From contig JAVZLM010000005.1 in the NCBI GenBank assembly GCA_038883775.1, forward strand, positions 96,001 to 160,000: a stretch of DNA of 64,000 nt, given 5' to 3'. The DNA comes from Candidatus Bathyarchaeia archaeon. GTDB lineage: Archaea; Thermoproteota; Bathyarchaeia; Bathyarchaeales; Bathycorpusculaceae. The notes beneath the pieces were generated by a model. That model was not told the DNA's origin, ran no database searches, and saw only the letters and a list, made by a program, of their open reading frames with translations. How positions within the stretch are numbered: position 1 is the stretch's first letter; every line of letters starts with the position of its first letter. Below are positions 10,269 to 19,658 of this stretch, piece by piece. A program made the translations under genes and the position numbers.

Positions 10269-11597
10269 TTATGGAGTTACTCTAAACTTGTCTCGTGGAT
10301 AAAGCGTCACTTCCCTAATGTTCCTTTTACCCGTCAACATCATCGTCAACCGTTCCAAACCAATGGCCCAACCAGCATGCGGAGGCATCCCAAAATCAAA
10401 AGCCTGCAGATGAAATTTGAAGGCTTCGGGGTTTAAGCCCTTCTCTTGCAGACGTTTTATTAAAAGCTCTTTTGTTGCAATTCTTGTTCCGCCAGAAACA
10501 AGCTCAAGCCAACGCCACATTAAATCGAAGCCTTCGCAAATTTCTGGTTTGTCATCCCGCGGTTTTATGTAAAAAGCTTTGGAATGAGTAGGCCAGTCGG
10601 TTATGAAATAGAAGTAGGGATGAATTTTTCCAAGAGTTCTCAGGGCTGGGGTTGGAATGTCTTCTCCCCATGGAACATTTACGCCTTCCCTTTCCAATTC
10701 TTTGAGAACCTCATCGTAAGTTAACCGTTTAAACGGAACCTTAGGCACATCAATTTTGTGTTTTAGCAAACCTAACTCTTTTTGGCATTTTTCATTCACA
10801 ACTTTGCAAACATGCTGCATTAACCTTTCAAGCAACTGCATCACATCTTCAGCGTCCGCAAAGGCTTGCTCAATATCGATGGAAACAAACTCGCTGGTGT
10901 GAAAGCGTGTATGCGATTCTTCAGCCCTAAAAAAGGGACCCACCTCGAAAACTTTTTCGAGGCTCATGACAAGCTGCTCTTTATACAATTGTGGACTTTG
11001 GGCGAGAAAGGCTTTCCTTCCAAAATAGTCTACGGGAAATAGTGCTGCTCCGCCTTCAGTGGCGGAAGCAATAATCCTTGGCGTGTGCACTTCTATGAAG
11101 CCTCTTTCGAAGAGGAAGTCTCGAATGGCTTCTACGGCTGTGTGTTGAATTTTGAAAACTGCTATGTTTTTGTCTTGGCAGAGGTCTAAGGCTCTTGCAT
11201 CCAACCGCGTTTCCAAACTTGCAGGAGTTTTTCCTGTAATGTCTATGGGCAGTTGGGGAGCCGCTGTGCCAAAAATTTTAATTTCCTTCGGTATGACTTC
11301 GACCCCTCTGGGGGTTACTTCTGTTTTCTTCACTGTTCCCTTCACGCCGATACTATACCTTTTCTGCAAAACATCAGACCTCGACAAAACTTCGTTTGGA
11401 ACTTTCTTTCGTGGTATAGTGATTTGGATGGTGCCTTCTCTGTCTTGCAATATTATAAATCGAATTCCACCTAAATCTCTGATTTCTTGAATCCAACCGA
11501 AAAGCGTAACTTCTGAACCATCCATTTCAGGCTTTACGTTAACCGAATAATGGGTTCTACGCCAATCACCAATGGAATCCAATTTCATATACTGCAC
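10269..11597 (-). CDS. aspS: Aspartate--tRNA ligase (archaeal type, probably non-discriminating)
   Basis: LAQSPQLYK, FRAE, GMPPHAGWAIGLERL; Pro in the anticodon-domain loop (VTPRG). Confidence 0.96.
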   Translation of the reverse strand: MQYMKLDSIGDWRRTHYSVNVKPEMDGSEVTLFGWIQEIRDLGGIRFIILQDREGTIQITIPRKKVPNEVLSRSDVLQKRYSIGVKGTVKKTEVTPRGVEVIPKEIKIFGTAAPQLPIDITGKTPASLETRLDARALDLCQDKNIAVFKIQHTAVEAIRDFLFERGFIEVHTPRIIASATEGGAALFPVDYFGRKAFLAQSPQLYKEQLVMSLEKVFEVGPFFRAEESHTRFHTSEFVSIDIEQAFADAEDVMQLLERLMQHVCKVVNEKCQKELGLLKHKIDVPKVPFKRLTYDEVLKELEREGVNVPWGEDIPTPALRTLGKIHPYFYFITDWPTHSKAFYIKPRDDKPEICEGFDLMWRWLELVSGGTRIATKELLIKRLQEKGLNPEAFKFHLQAFDFGMPPHAGWAIGLERLTMMLTGKRNIREVTLYPRDKFRVTP

Positions 11598-11607
11598 CCA
11601 TCAAACC

Positions 11608-12117
11608 CTAATCTGCAAACTCAACCCGCAAAGTCATGTTGCGAACTTTACGAGCAATCTCCTTTAAAGCTTTTACATCAAAAGGAGGCTGCGAACCGCG
11701 CCTCTTCTTTAGGATTACTCTGGTCTCGGTGGTTCCATCTGGAAGCCAAATAGTGTTAATGGTAATTATGCTCAGAGGAGCAAACAAGTCTTCCAAAAAT
11801 TTTCTGTCATCCACTCCATGCTCCAAAACACGAATACTCTTACCAACTTCTTCGCCCAAAGTCTTTATTATTTTGCCGCCATAACCCAAAAGACGCGGAA
11901 CATCGCCGGGTCCAACAATCACTGCCAAAGTTTTGCCAGCATCAACCGCCTTACGAAAATAAACGTTCTGAAGGGAAGGAAATTTCTCTTCCAAGGATAA
12001 GAGTAAACGGGCAATTTTCAAGTCTAATTCTGTTATTTCGCCAGACTTAACTTTAGCTAAACACTTTTGGCACAGTATACCACTTTTTAAACAGAAGCTG
12101 CATAATTCTGTTTTCAC
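11608..12117 (-). CDS. NusA-like KH-domain protein with N-terminal Zn-binding Cys cluster
   Basis: CSFCLKSGILCQKC and LLGYGGKIIK KH loop. Confidence 0.85.
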   Translation of the reverse strand: MKTELCSFCLKSGILCQKCLAKVKSGEITELDLKIARLLLSLEEKFPSLQNVYFRKAVDAGKTLAVIVGPGDVPRLLGYGGKIIKTLGEEVGKSIRVLEHGVDDRKFLEDLFAPLSIITINTIWLPDGTTETRVILKKRRGSQPPFDVKALKEIARKVRNMTLRVEFAD

Positions 12118-12190
12118 CTAGAAAGGCGCCCTCCACAAATAAAGGAGGGGCGGCGGAGCATTGCAAACTTTGCTTTGAGAGTTGCTGAAT

Positions 12191-12484
12191 TTAGCGCTCT
12201 AGCGTTATTTCGATGGTGCTAACGTTTGTGGGCGTGCCACCCTCTTCTCTGGGTGCCACCTGCTCTGTTCCCACACCAACTTTCTTGATTTTCACATCTG
12301 GTAGGAATCGGCGTCTGACAACTTCAACGACATCAACCGCTCGGCTTATGGCTCTTCCTCTTGCTTTAATATTCACTTCTTTTGCTCCGCCGTGAAAGAG
12401 GGTTATGCAAGCCAGTACATAGTTCATTACTGGCTTTCTCCCGATCAGCACTGAGTTGCTTTCTGACATTTTGTACCGCCTCAC
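12191..12484 (-). CDS. albA: DNA/RNA-binding protein Alba
   Basis: [31 protein letters not shown]. Confidence 0.96.
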   Translation of the reverse strand: MRRYKMSESNSVLIGRKPVMNYVLACITLFHGGAKEVNIKARGRAISRAVDVVEVVRRRFLPDVKIKKVGVGTEQVAPREEGGTPTNVSTIEITLER

Positions 12485-12677
12485 TCCTAGTTTTCACGTT
12501 TTCTATGGCTTCATAACCTTTTTTATCGATAAATAAATACATTACGGTTTTTACTTCTATTCAAAAACAAAAACTCAAAAAATAATGTAGTTTAACGCTT
12601 TATCTTTGCTAAACTTTTAAATAAGCGGTACTAATGTAAAACCTAAACTTAACAAAAAGTTCAAAAAGGGAAACGCT

Positions 12678-13136
12678 TTGGAAGCACTTACAAGACGTTC
12701 GATCCAATTGTTGCGAATGCTCTATGAAAAAGGAAAATCCACCAGCACCTATACACTTCATGTGAAACAGGATGAGCTGGCAAAACAGCTTGGAATAAGC
12801 AGGCAAGCCTTAAACATTCACCTTCGAAAACTCAGAGACCTAAATTATATACGCACTGGAAGAGGGTTCATAGACGTAACCGAAAAAGGATTAGAAGCGC
12901 TTGGCGTATCAGCAAATCCCGCCTTTGTATTCCTCAAGGTTTCGCCTCACAAGCGAATGTACGCTTACGAGAAAGTTAAAGAACTCGCCCTCCAAAGGGC
13001 CTTCAGAATAGCAGGCGATGTAGACGCCTTATTAATAGTCGATAGGGGTAAGCTTGACGAAGTTTTAAAAAGGTTAGCTTCTATTGATGGTATACAAGAC
13101 ACAAAATCCTACGTCACAATAGAAGCCATAAAATGA
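12678..13136 (+). CDS. Lrp/AsnC-family transcriptional regulator
   Basis: HTH QDELAKQLGISRQAL plus C-terminal RAM-like domain (IAGDVD, IDGIQDTKS). Confidence 0.85.
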   Translation: MEALTRRSIQLLRMLYEKGKSTSTYTLHVKQDELAKQLGISRQALNIHLRKLRDLNYIRTGRGFIDVTEKGLEALGVSANPAFVFLKVSPHKRMYAYEKVKELALQRAFRIAGDVDALLIVDRGKLDEVLKRLASIDGIQDTKSYVTIEAIK

Positions 13137-14296
13137 GGGAATGCAAGATGAAGCTTTTCGAATATGAAGCAAAAAACATACTCGCAAAATACGGAATACC
13201 AATACCAAAAGGAGGATTAGCCACAACCCCGAACCAAGCCAAGGAAGTGGCAAGCCAAATAAAACCGCCCTTCGCCGTTAAAGCCCAAGTGCTGGTTGCT
13301 GGAAGGGGCAAAGCTGGCGGAATCCTCTTCCCAGATACTATTGAAGGAGTTGAGGAAGTCGCTGAGAAATTGCTTAACATGCAAATAAAAGGGATACCAG
13401 TAAAGAGCCTATGGATTGAGGAACAAATACGGATAAAAAGGGAATTGTATTTTGGCATAACAACGGACAGATTCCATCAAAGCTATATCGCAATAGCCTC
13501 ATCAGTTGGCGGAATGGAAATTGAAGAAGTAGCCCAAAAATCTCCAGAAAAAGTCATAAAATTTCCAATAAATCCTCAATTGGGCTTTCGTTCTTTCCAT
13601 GCCAGAGAAATAGCAAGAAAAATGGGGTATGCTGGCGGTCAACTTTCAGAAATTGCAAGAATCTTTGAAACACTGTATAAAATTGGAATGGATCACGATG
13701 CTGAATTAATTGAAATGAACCCGCTGGTGGAAACCGTTGATGGAAAATTTGTAGCAGCAGACGCCCGCATAATAATTGATGATAACGCTTTATTCCGCCA
13801 CCAAGAATACAAAAAGAGACTTTTAGAAGGCGAAAGCGAACTAACCCCAGAAGAAATAGAAGCCATAAAAAACGACCTAGCCTACGTCAAACTAGACGGA
13901 AACATAGGCGTTATAGGCAACGGAGCAGGTCTTGTAATGGCAACCTTGGACACAATTCAATATTATGGCGGAAAACCAGCCAACTTCTTAGATGTGGGCG
14001 GAGGAGCACCAGCAGAAAAAATCGCCACAGCCCTAAAAATAGTGCTTTTAGACCCAAATGTTAAGACGCTTTTCATAAACATTTTAGGCGGAATAACAAG
14101 ATGCGACGAAGTTGCAAAGGGAATACTAGAGGCGAAAATAAAAGTTGGCGTAACAAAACCCATGGTTATTAGGCTTGTAGGCACAAATGAGGAAGAAGGA
14201 AAAAGGATACTGAAAGAAGCTGGAATCCACGTTTTAGAAAGCATGGAAGAAGCCGCACAAAAAGCAGTCGAAATCTCAAAGCATGGAGGAGAATAA
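13133..14296 (+). CDS. sucC: Succinate--CoA ligase beta subunit
   Basis: [40 protein letters not shown]; true start probably the internal Met at 13148. Confidence 0.95.
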   Translation: MRECKMKLFEYEAKNILAKYGIPIPKGGLATTPNQAKEVASQIKPPFAVKAQVLVAGRGKAGGILFPDTIEGVEEVAEKLLNMQIKGIPVKSLWIEEQIRIKRELYFGITTDRFHQSYIAIASSVGGMEIEEVAQKSPEKVIKFPINPQLGFRSFHAREIARKMGYAGGQLSEIARIFETLYKIGMDHDAELIEMNPLVETVDGKFVAADARIIIDDNALFRHQEYKKRLLEGESELTPEEIEAIKNDLAYVKLDGNIGVIGNGAGLVMATLDTIQYYGGKPANFLDVGGGAPAEKIATALKIVLLDPNVKTLFINILGGITRCDEVAKGILEAKIKVGVTKPMVIRLVGTNEEEGKRILKEAGIHVLESMEEAAQKAVEISKHGGE

Positions 14297-15158
14297 TTTG
14301 GGAATAATAATAGGAAAAGATACACGCGCCATAGTTCAAGGAATAACAGGAGCCCAAGGAAGCTTTCACACAAAACTCATGCTTGAATATGGAACAAAAA
14401 TAGTGGCGGGAGTAACTCCTGGAAAAGGTGGAACCCAAGTTCATGGAATTCCAGTTTATGATACTGTGAAAGAAGCCCAAGAAAAGCATTCAGCCAACGC
14501 CTCAATAATTTTTGTTCCAGCCCCCTTCGCTGCAGATGCAGCCCTAGAAGCGCTTGAAAATGGGATAAGAACTATTGTGATAATAACGGAGCACATCCCA
14601 ATAAAAGACGCAATAAACCTAATGGCAGCCGCAAAACAACTAAAAGCAACAATAATCGGACCAAACACGCCTGGCATAATCACGCCAGAAGAAAGCAAAC
14701 TTGGAATAATGCCAGCCCACATTTTCAAAAAAGGTAGCATAGGGATGGTTTCAAGAAGCGGAACCCTAACATACGAAATAGCAGCAAGCCTAACAAAGAA
14801 AGGTTTGGGACAATCCACATGCCTAGGCTTGGGAGGAGACCCAATAACGGGTTTAAACTTCATAGATGCATTAAAAATGTTTAAAGAAGACCCTCAAACA
14901 AATGCTGTGGTCTTGATTGGAGAGATAGGCGGAAACCTCGAAGAACTCGCCGCAGAATATATACAAAAAGAAAGATATTCAAAGCCAGTTGTAGCCTTCA
15001 TAGCTGGCCGCTCCGCTCCCCCTGGGAAACGCATGGGGCATGCTGGAGCAATAGTGATGGGAAAAGCTGGAACTGCGGAAAGCAAAATAGATGCCTTCAA
15101 AAAAGCCGGTGTGAAAGTGGCTGAAAAACCAAGCGACGTAGCAGAATTGCTGAAATGA
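14283..15158 (+). CDS. sucD: Succinate--CoA ligase alpha subunit
   Basis: [36 protein letters not shown]. Confidence 0.96.
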   Translation: MEENNLGIIIGKDTRAIVQGITGAQGSFHTKLMLEYGTKIVAGVTPGKGGTQVHGIPVYDTVKEAQEKHSANASIIFVPAPFAADAALEALENGIRTIVIITEHIPIKDAINLMAAAKQLKATIIGPNTPGIITPEESKLGIMPAHIFKKGSIGMVSRSGTLTYEIAASLTKKGLGQSTCLGLGGDPITGLNFIDALKMFKEDPQTNAVVLIGEIGGNLEELAAEYIQKERYSKPVVAFIAGRSAPPGKRMGHAGAIVMGKAGTAESKIDAFKKAGVKVAEKPSDVAELLK

Positions 15159-15261
15159 ATTCGCAGTCGGAAAAACTGTAATGAGGCACTCATTAAAAAT
15201 GCAAAAAGTATATTTTCCAGTATAATATCTCACTTTTAGCAATTCATTAGAGGAAAACAAA

Positions 15262-15423
15262 ATGCCAATAATGGATCCGCTTAAAAAAACTCTCGCCCAG
15301 AAACACAGATTATATATGAAAATATGCAGAGAATGCGGCGCCAGAAATGCTGCAACCGCAGTTAAATGCAGAAAATGCCGAAGCAAAAACCTACGTTGGA
15401 AGAAAAGAGAACTCGTAAAGTAA
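15262..15423 (+). CDS. rpl40e: 50S ribosomal protein L40e (not in the ORF track)
   Basis: Read directly: MPIMDPLKKTLAQKHRLYMKICRECGARNAATAVKCRKCRSKNLRWKKRELVK. Confidence 0.95.
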   Translation: MPIMDPLKKTLAQKHRLYMKICRECGARNAATAVKCRKCRSKNLRWKKRELVK

Positions 15424-15497
15424 TTTTCCTCTAACTTCTCTACTCAGTTGATTGGTTATTGAATGCGAAAATTACATATATGATAAATTCCATATTT

Positions 15498-15503
15498 ATA
15501 AAA
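15498..15503. repeat. Left target-site duplication ATAAAA
   Basis: Same hexamer at 26832-26837, immediately outside each TIR. Confidence 0.75.
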
Positions 15504-15522
15504 TAGGCTGTTCGAAGATTAA
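15504..15522 (+). repeat. Left terminal inverted repeat TAGGCTGTTCGAAGATTAA
   Basis: Exact reverse complement of 26813-26831. Confidence 0.93.
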
Positions 15523-15535
15523 AAACTTTTATATA
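15523..15535 (+). promoter_or_regulatory. Putative inward-facing BRE/TATA for the transposase
   Basis: AAACTTTTATATA just inside the left TIR; a similar motif mirrors it at the right end. Confidence 0.45.
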
Positions 15536-15627
15536 TAACTGTCATATTACTATTATTTGGTTGCCATATGGCTATTATATAATCCCAGAAGGATGGAAAA
15601 CCACCCCTCTGGAGGAGTTGACAACCC

Positions 15628-16632
15628 GTGGTAGCGAGCCTCAACTCCAATATGCCCAGTCATATTCAGAGTGATAAATGTCTTTCGTTAGAGTTTTTGT
15701 TTGACAATGTGGATTTTTTGTTTGTTTGGAAGATTGTTATGAAAAAGTATCATTTGCGTGGGAGACCTCATGACCCTATTGCTATGTTTAAGGCTTTGCT
15801 TTTGAAGGAGATGAGGCAGTTTTCTTCTCGTCGGAAATTGGTGGAGTTTCTTAGGCGTGATTCTTTTTGGTTGAGAAAGTGTGGTTTTGAGCAGCCGCCG
15901 AGCCATAATAGTTTTTCTGATTTTGTTGATAGGGTTGGGGCAGATGCTACTGAGCAGCTTTTCTATCATTTGGTCAATGAAATAAGGAAACTTAAGAAGA
16001 TTGGGGAAATCGTCTCAATAGACTCCACACCTTTGAAAGCATATGCACATTTTTGGAAGAATAGGGAATGCTCTGACCCTGATGCCAAGTGGGGATATAG
16101 TCCTACGGCGGAGTGGGTTTTCGGTTATAAAGTTCACTTAGCCGTTGATGCAGATTCAGAACTTCCTTTGGCATTTATTGTTACACCAGCCAATATTTAT
16201 GATAGTGTAGAATATCCTGAACTTTTAAACAAACTGATTCAGATGGGAATACAGCCAAAAATAGTTCTTGCGGACGCAGGATACGACTCCAAGAAAAACT
16301 ATCTGCTAACTCTAAAATGTGGAGCTACTCCAATCATTGCACTTAACAAGCGAAAAATGAAGAGAAGGAAAACAAGGGATTTCGAACGTATCTTGCCGAT
16401 AAAACGAAAAAGTGAACGTTGGAAGTCTCTTTACAGAAAGAGAAGCAGTGCTGAAAGAGTCATTTCACGGCTGAAAGAAGAGTTAGCTTTGAGAGACGTA
16501 AAAGTGAGAGGATTGAACAATGTGCGAATTCACGTAGCATTCTCTTTAATAGCAATGTTAACCGTAGCCCTCGTTGCCTTAAAAACCGGAAATGGACACA
16601 AAGCGACAAGTGTAAACTCATTTAGATTCTAA
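15628..16632 (+). CDS. DDE transposase, IS4 superfamily (IS5/IS1182-like)
   Basis: IDST (D1), DPDAKWG, FGYKVHL, ADAGYDS (D2), YRKRSSAERVISRLK = Y-2-R-3-E-6-K; N-terminal DUF772-like helical domain; GGAGGAG upstream of GTG. Confidence 0.92.
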   Translation: MVASLNSNMPSHIQSDKCLSLEFLFDNVDFLFVWKIVMKKYHLRGRPHDPIAMFKALLLKEMRQFSSRRKLVEFLRRDSFWLRKCGFEQPPSHNSFSDFVDRVGADATEQLFYHLVNEIRKLKKIGEIVSIDSTPLKAYAHFWKNRECSDPDAKWGYSPTAEWVFGYKVHLAVDADSELPLAFIVTPANIYDSVEYPELLNKLIQMGIQPKIVLADAGYDSKKNYLLTLKCGATPIIALNKRKMKRRKTRDFERILPIKRKSERWKSLYRKRSSAERVISRLKEELALRDVKVRGLNNVRIHVAFSLIAMLTVALVALKTGNGHKATSVNSFRF

Positions 16633-16940
16633 TCGGTATTCATAGTTACTCATGCACGAGGAGCTGCCAGTATTTTACTCATTGTTTGGAGTGTGCAAGA
16701 AAACCAGAGAAAAACATTATTGAAGGTGTGGGCACACATTAGATATTCGATTGGTTAATGCAAAGGCGAAAAGCAATTCGCTTACTTTAAATTCTACTAA
16801 ATATTACTTGTAACAGGTGTTTTATGCTCTATTACACTATCCTATTTTGAGAAAGCTTAAAATCCTTTTTTGAGATAACTTTATAAGCAACTCTGTATCT
16901 TATTTTAGGATGTAAATAAGCATAACAACGTAAGTAGGAG

Positions 16941-17618
16941 GTGAAAATCTTGCCGAAGTTAGGAAATATGGTGTATCCATATATTAAACTTAGCCGTGCT
17001 ATTGAAATCGCCAGACGTATTTGTGAGAGTCCATACAAAGGAGAAATCAGCGTTAGTGGTCTTGCTCAAGAACTTAAAATGTCAGAGAAAGGCGGAGGTT
17101 TCCTTTATCTCGTAGCTTCCTTGCGAGACTATGGATTAGTTGAGGGGACGGGCACTCTTAGAGCGACGGAAATAGCTAAGAAAATCGTAGCAGGAACTCC
17201 TGAAGAAATGAGTAAGAGTCGAGTAGAAAGCTTCCTAAAAGTTGAGCTTTTTAAGAGTCTTAAAGAGAAAATAGGCACAGAGGTTCCAGAAATAGAGCAG
17301 TTTTCTGTCATTTTAAGAGATTTAACGAAAGCAGACCCGCTTAAAGTAAAAAATGTCGCAGAAACAATCCGTAATCTTTATTTAGACGGAGTTCCTTACA
17401 TTAAAGCACTTGAAGAGGCTAAAAAAGAGGAGATTAAAATGACCAAAGAAACTGCAACAGCCCAAGTTGACATATCTACGGCAAAACCGCCTATGCTTGA
17501 AGAACTGAAGTTTGGAGAAAATGTTAGAATATGGCTTCCCAAAGAGAACATCAAAGAGGAATGGAAAAAAGCCAAAAAGATGGTTGATATCTATCTCGGT
17601 ATTGAAGAGGGGAGATAA
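16941..17618 (+). CDS. Hypothetical winged-helix protein (DUF5343-like architecture)
   Basis: wHTH pattern ISVSGLAQELKMS...LVASLRDYGLVEG...LRATEIAK; GGAGGTG overlaps the first GTG, so the start is probably slightly downstream. Confidence 0.6.
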   Translation: MKILPKLGNMVYPYIKLSRAIEIARRICESPYKGEISVSGLAQELKMSEKGGGFLYLVASLRDYGLVEGTGTLRATEIAKKIVAGTPEEMSKSRVESFLKVELFKSLKEKIGTEVPEIEQFSVILRDLTKADPLKVKNVAETIRNLYLDGVPYIKALEEAKKEEIKMTKETATAQVDISTAKPPMLEELKFGENVRIWLPKENIKEEWKKAKKMVDIYLGIEEGR

Positions 17619-17733
17619 TTCCTCTTTTCCCTTAATTTTTTGTAGAGGCATACCTCTTGAAAATTTAAAGCCCATTTTTAGAGTGAACGAATTTTCAATC
17701 TTAGTTTGGATGCAAAAGCAGGAAAAAGAGAGA

Positions 17734-18009
17734 TTAATAAATTTTGAGTTTTCCTTTAATCTGATTAACAGTGTCTCTAATCTCTTTTAGGTCCTTTTGG
17801 ATTTCATCTACATCTTTTGAAACCAGTGATACTTTCATGTATAAAGCACCTGCTCCAAAGGCGACTGAAATCCAAGGCACATTAGCCAAAATATCCTCAA
17901 ATGGAGGGTCTAATCTCAACAACATTTTGATAATCCATATAACGAGTATAGCAAAAGCTATAAGGAAAATCAAATTACTAAGCGATTCTTGCTTTTTTCT
18001 TCTCGCCAT
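17734..18009 (-). CDS. Small two-TM membrane protein with C-terminal coiled coil
   Basis: Two hydrophobic segments, then VSKDVDEIQKDLKEIRDTVNQIKGKL heptads; AGGTGA RBS upstream. Confidence 0.7.
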   Translation of the reverse strand: MARRKKQESLSNLIFLIAFAILVIWIIKMLLRLDPPFEDILANVPWISVAFGAGALYMKVSLVSKDVDEIQKDLKEIRDTVNQIKGKLKIY

Positions 18010-18098
18010 TTTATCACCTAAATCTATTCACTCTATTTTAACAATTAACATTTTCTGAAAATCATAAAATATCTTAACATTGCCTATGAAAAACCAGT

Positions 18099-18359
18099 TC
18101 AAGTATCTCCCAGAGCAATTTCTTCTACAATATCTTGTGGGGATTTTAATTGGTAGGTTCTTTTTCTGGCATCGTTGGGGTCTAAAAATGTTTTAAGCCA
18201 TCCGTGCTTTCTTAAATCAGACAAAATCACACTGACAGTCTTATCGTCTTTCTCTTTTAGCAGACGCCTTGCCTCGTCAAAATCGAAATTTTGATTCTTT
18301 TTCTCTTTCCAAAGCTTGGCATAGCGAAGAAATAACCATTTAGGAAGGGGGTTAGTCAT
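18099..18359 (-). CDS. Small MarR-like winged-helix regulator
   Basis: VSVILSDLRKHGWL...DPNDARKRTYQL wing motif. Confidence 0.75.
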   Translation of the reverse strand: MTNPLPKWLFLRYAKLWKEKKNQNFDFDEARRLLKEKDDKTVSVILSDLRKHGWLKTFLDPNDARKRTYQLKSPQDIVEEIALGDT

Positions 18360-18411
18360 GTTTATCCCAGTCCTTTAGTTATCTGTTAAGCGCTATATTT
18401 ATATACTACGT

Positions 18412-18435
18412 AAGCTATTAGCTTGTATGACAAGC
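18412..18435. promoter_or_regulatory. Overlapping palindromes (putative operator) in a divergent promoter
   Basis: AAGCTA-T-TAGCTT (18412-18424) and GCTTGT-ATG-ACAAGC (18421-18435), just downstream of TTTATATA. Confidence 0.4.
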
Positions 18436-18453
18436 AAACAACAAACCATATGA

Positions 18454-19617
18454 GTGAAATTAATGAGCGTTGAAAGATGTCCTGTTTGCGGAGGCTTTCC
18501 AAGTCGATATTTAATTAATGATGCGAATCTGAAGTTTCTGAAGGATTGCGCAACTAAGGGTCAACTGGATGAAGCCATCTCTGTTGCTCGAATCCTTTGG
18601 AGCAAGTTTCCAGAACTGCGGTTAAACGCTGATTCAAAGATAATTATAGAGGGTGTATCAGCTAATATGCTCAGAGCACTACAAGCCCAAATAAACGAAA
18701 CATTGGAACCAGCAAAAATGTTTGCTGAGAAGCTTCCTGAACTTGTTTACAAGCTACCAGTGGAAATGGATAAGACCATGGATGAGAAGATTGAAGAAAT
18801 GAGAACTTTATTAGCTAAGGAGTTTAAGGAGACACTTAACAACATGGGATTTCCCGAACCCGAGCAACTCAAGTTACTGAGCCAACTTATGCCTGCTGTT
18901 TTACCTCTTCTACAAGAATTATTGATGCTTCAAAAAGTTCCAAGCGAAAAAGGGAAAACTGGAGAATTAGAACTACTAAAGGAATTGAAAGACGTTTTCC
19001 CAGAAGATGACTACAAACATGTTGGCGGTCCAGGAGCAACGGATATCATCGCCACCCCCGTATATGGTGGTTTTCAACTCAGTCAAAGAGTGCTCATCGA
19101 ATCAAAGAAAAACAACAGCGGTTGGAGCAGAGACTTTGTAGATGAAGTCAGAAGGCATATGCAAGCCTATTCAAATCGTTTCGCTATACTCGCTGTAGAA
19201 GTTATGCCAAAAGGAGCAAGAGGTTTTCTCATCGAACATTTCAATGAAGGTGCCATTTTGGTCACAAGTAGAAAAGATGTTTGCATAGCCTATGGAGCTC
19301 TTAGGGCTGTTTTCATCGCTACGTATCCTTTCGAAGTTAGTGCTGGAGACCTTCGGAAACTTTTTGAAGAAAAAAGAATCGAAGAAGCTATAAAAGACGC
19401 TTTGAATTATCAAGAATATCTAAAAAAGATTAAAACAAAATCAGCAAGCATAATTTTAAATGCAAAAAATATTGTTGAGCTTTCTGACGACCTGAACACT
19501 CATTTAAGATTTTGCCTCACCGAACTTCAGAAAAGAATAAGAAATGCAGTTCAAGAAATCGTAGAAGCTCGACCAACTACTAAAGGTGGTTCACCAAACA
19601 TATTAAAAAGGAGTTAA
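18454..19617 (+). CDS. Coiled-coil PD-(D/E)xK nuclease-like protein (DUF2130/RmuC-like)
   Basis: KGKTGELEL...FPED...ATDII...VLIESKK...W pattern; N-terminal CPVC; long helical regions. Confidence 0.7.
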   Translation: MKLMSVERCPVCGGFPSRYLINDANLKFLKDCATKGQLDEAISVARILWSKFPELRLNADSKIIIEGVSANMLRALQAQINETLEPAKMFAEKLPELVYKLPVEMDKTMDEKIEEMRTLLAKEFKETLNNMGFPEPEQLKLLSQLMPAVLPLLQELLMLQKVPSEKGKTGELELLKELKDVFPEDDYKHVGGPGATDIIATPVYGGFQLSQRVLIESKKNNSGWSRDFVDEVRRHMQAYSNRFAILAVEVMPKGARGFLIEHFNEGAILVTSRKDVCIAYGALRAVFIATYPFEVSAGDLRKLFEEKRIEEAIKDALNYQEYLKKIKTKSASIILNAKNIVELSDDLNTHLRFCLTELQKRIRNAVQEIVEARPTTKGGSPNILKRS

Positions 19618-19658
19618 CGTTACCTTAGTAAGTGTAAGAAGGAGGATTTAGAAAAACA

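Noticed and set aside
16633-16940. A right-hand IS end directly after the transposase (simple 1.2-kb IS)
   Set aside because: I found no match to CTTCGAACAGCCTA here by eye; the only match is at 26813-26831. A very degenerate copy cannot be excluded.
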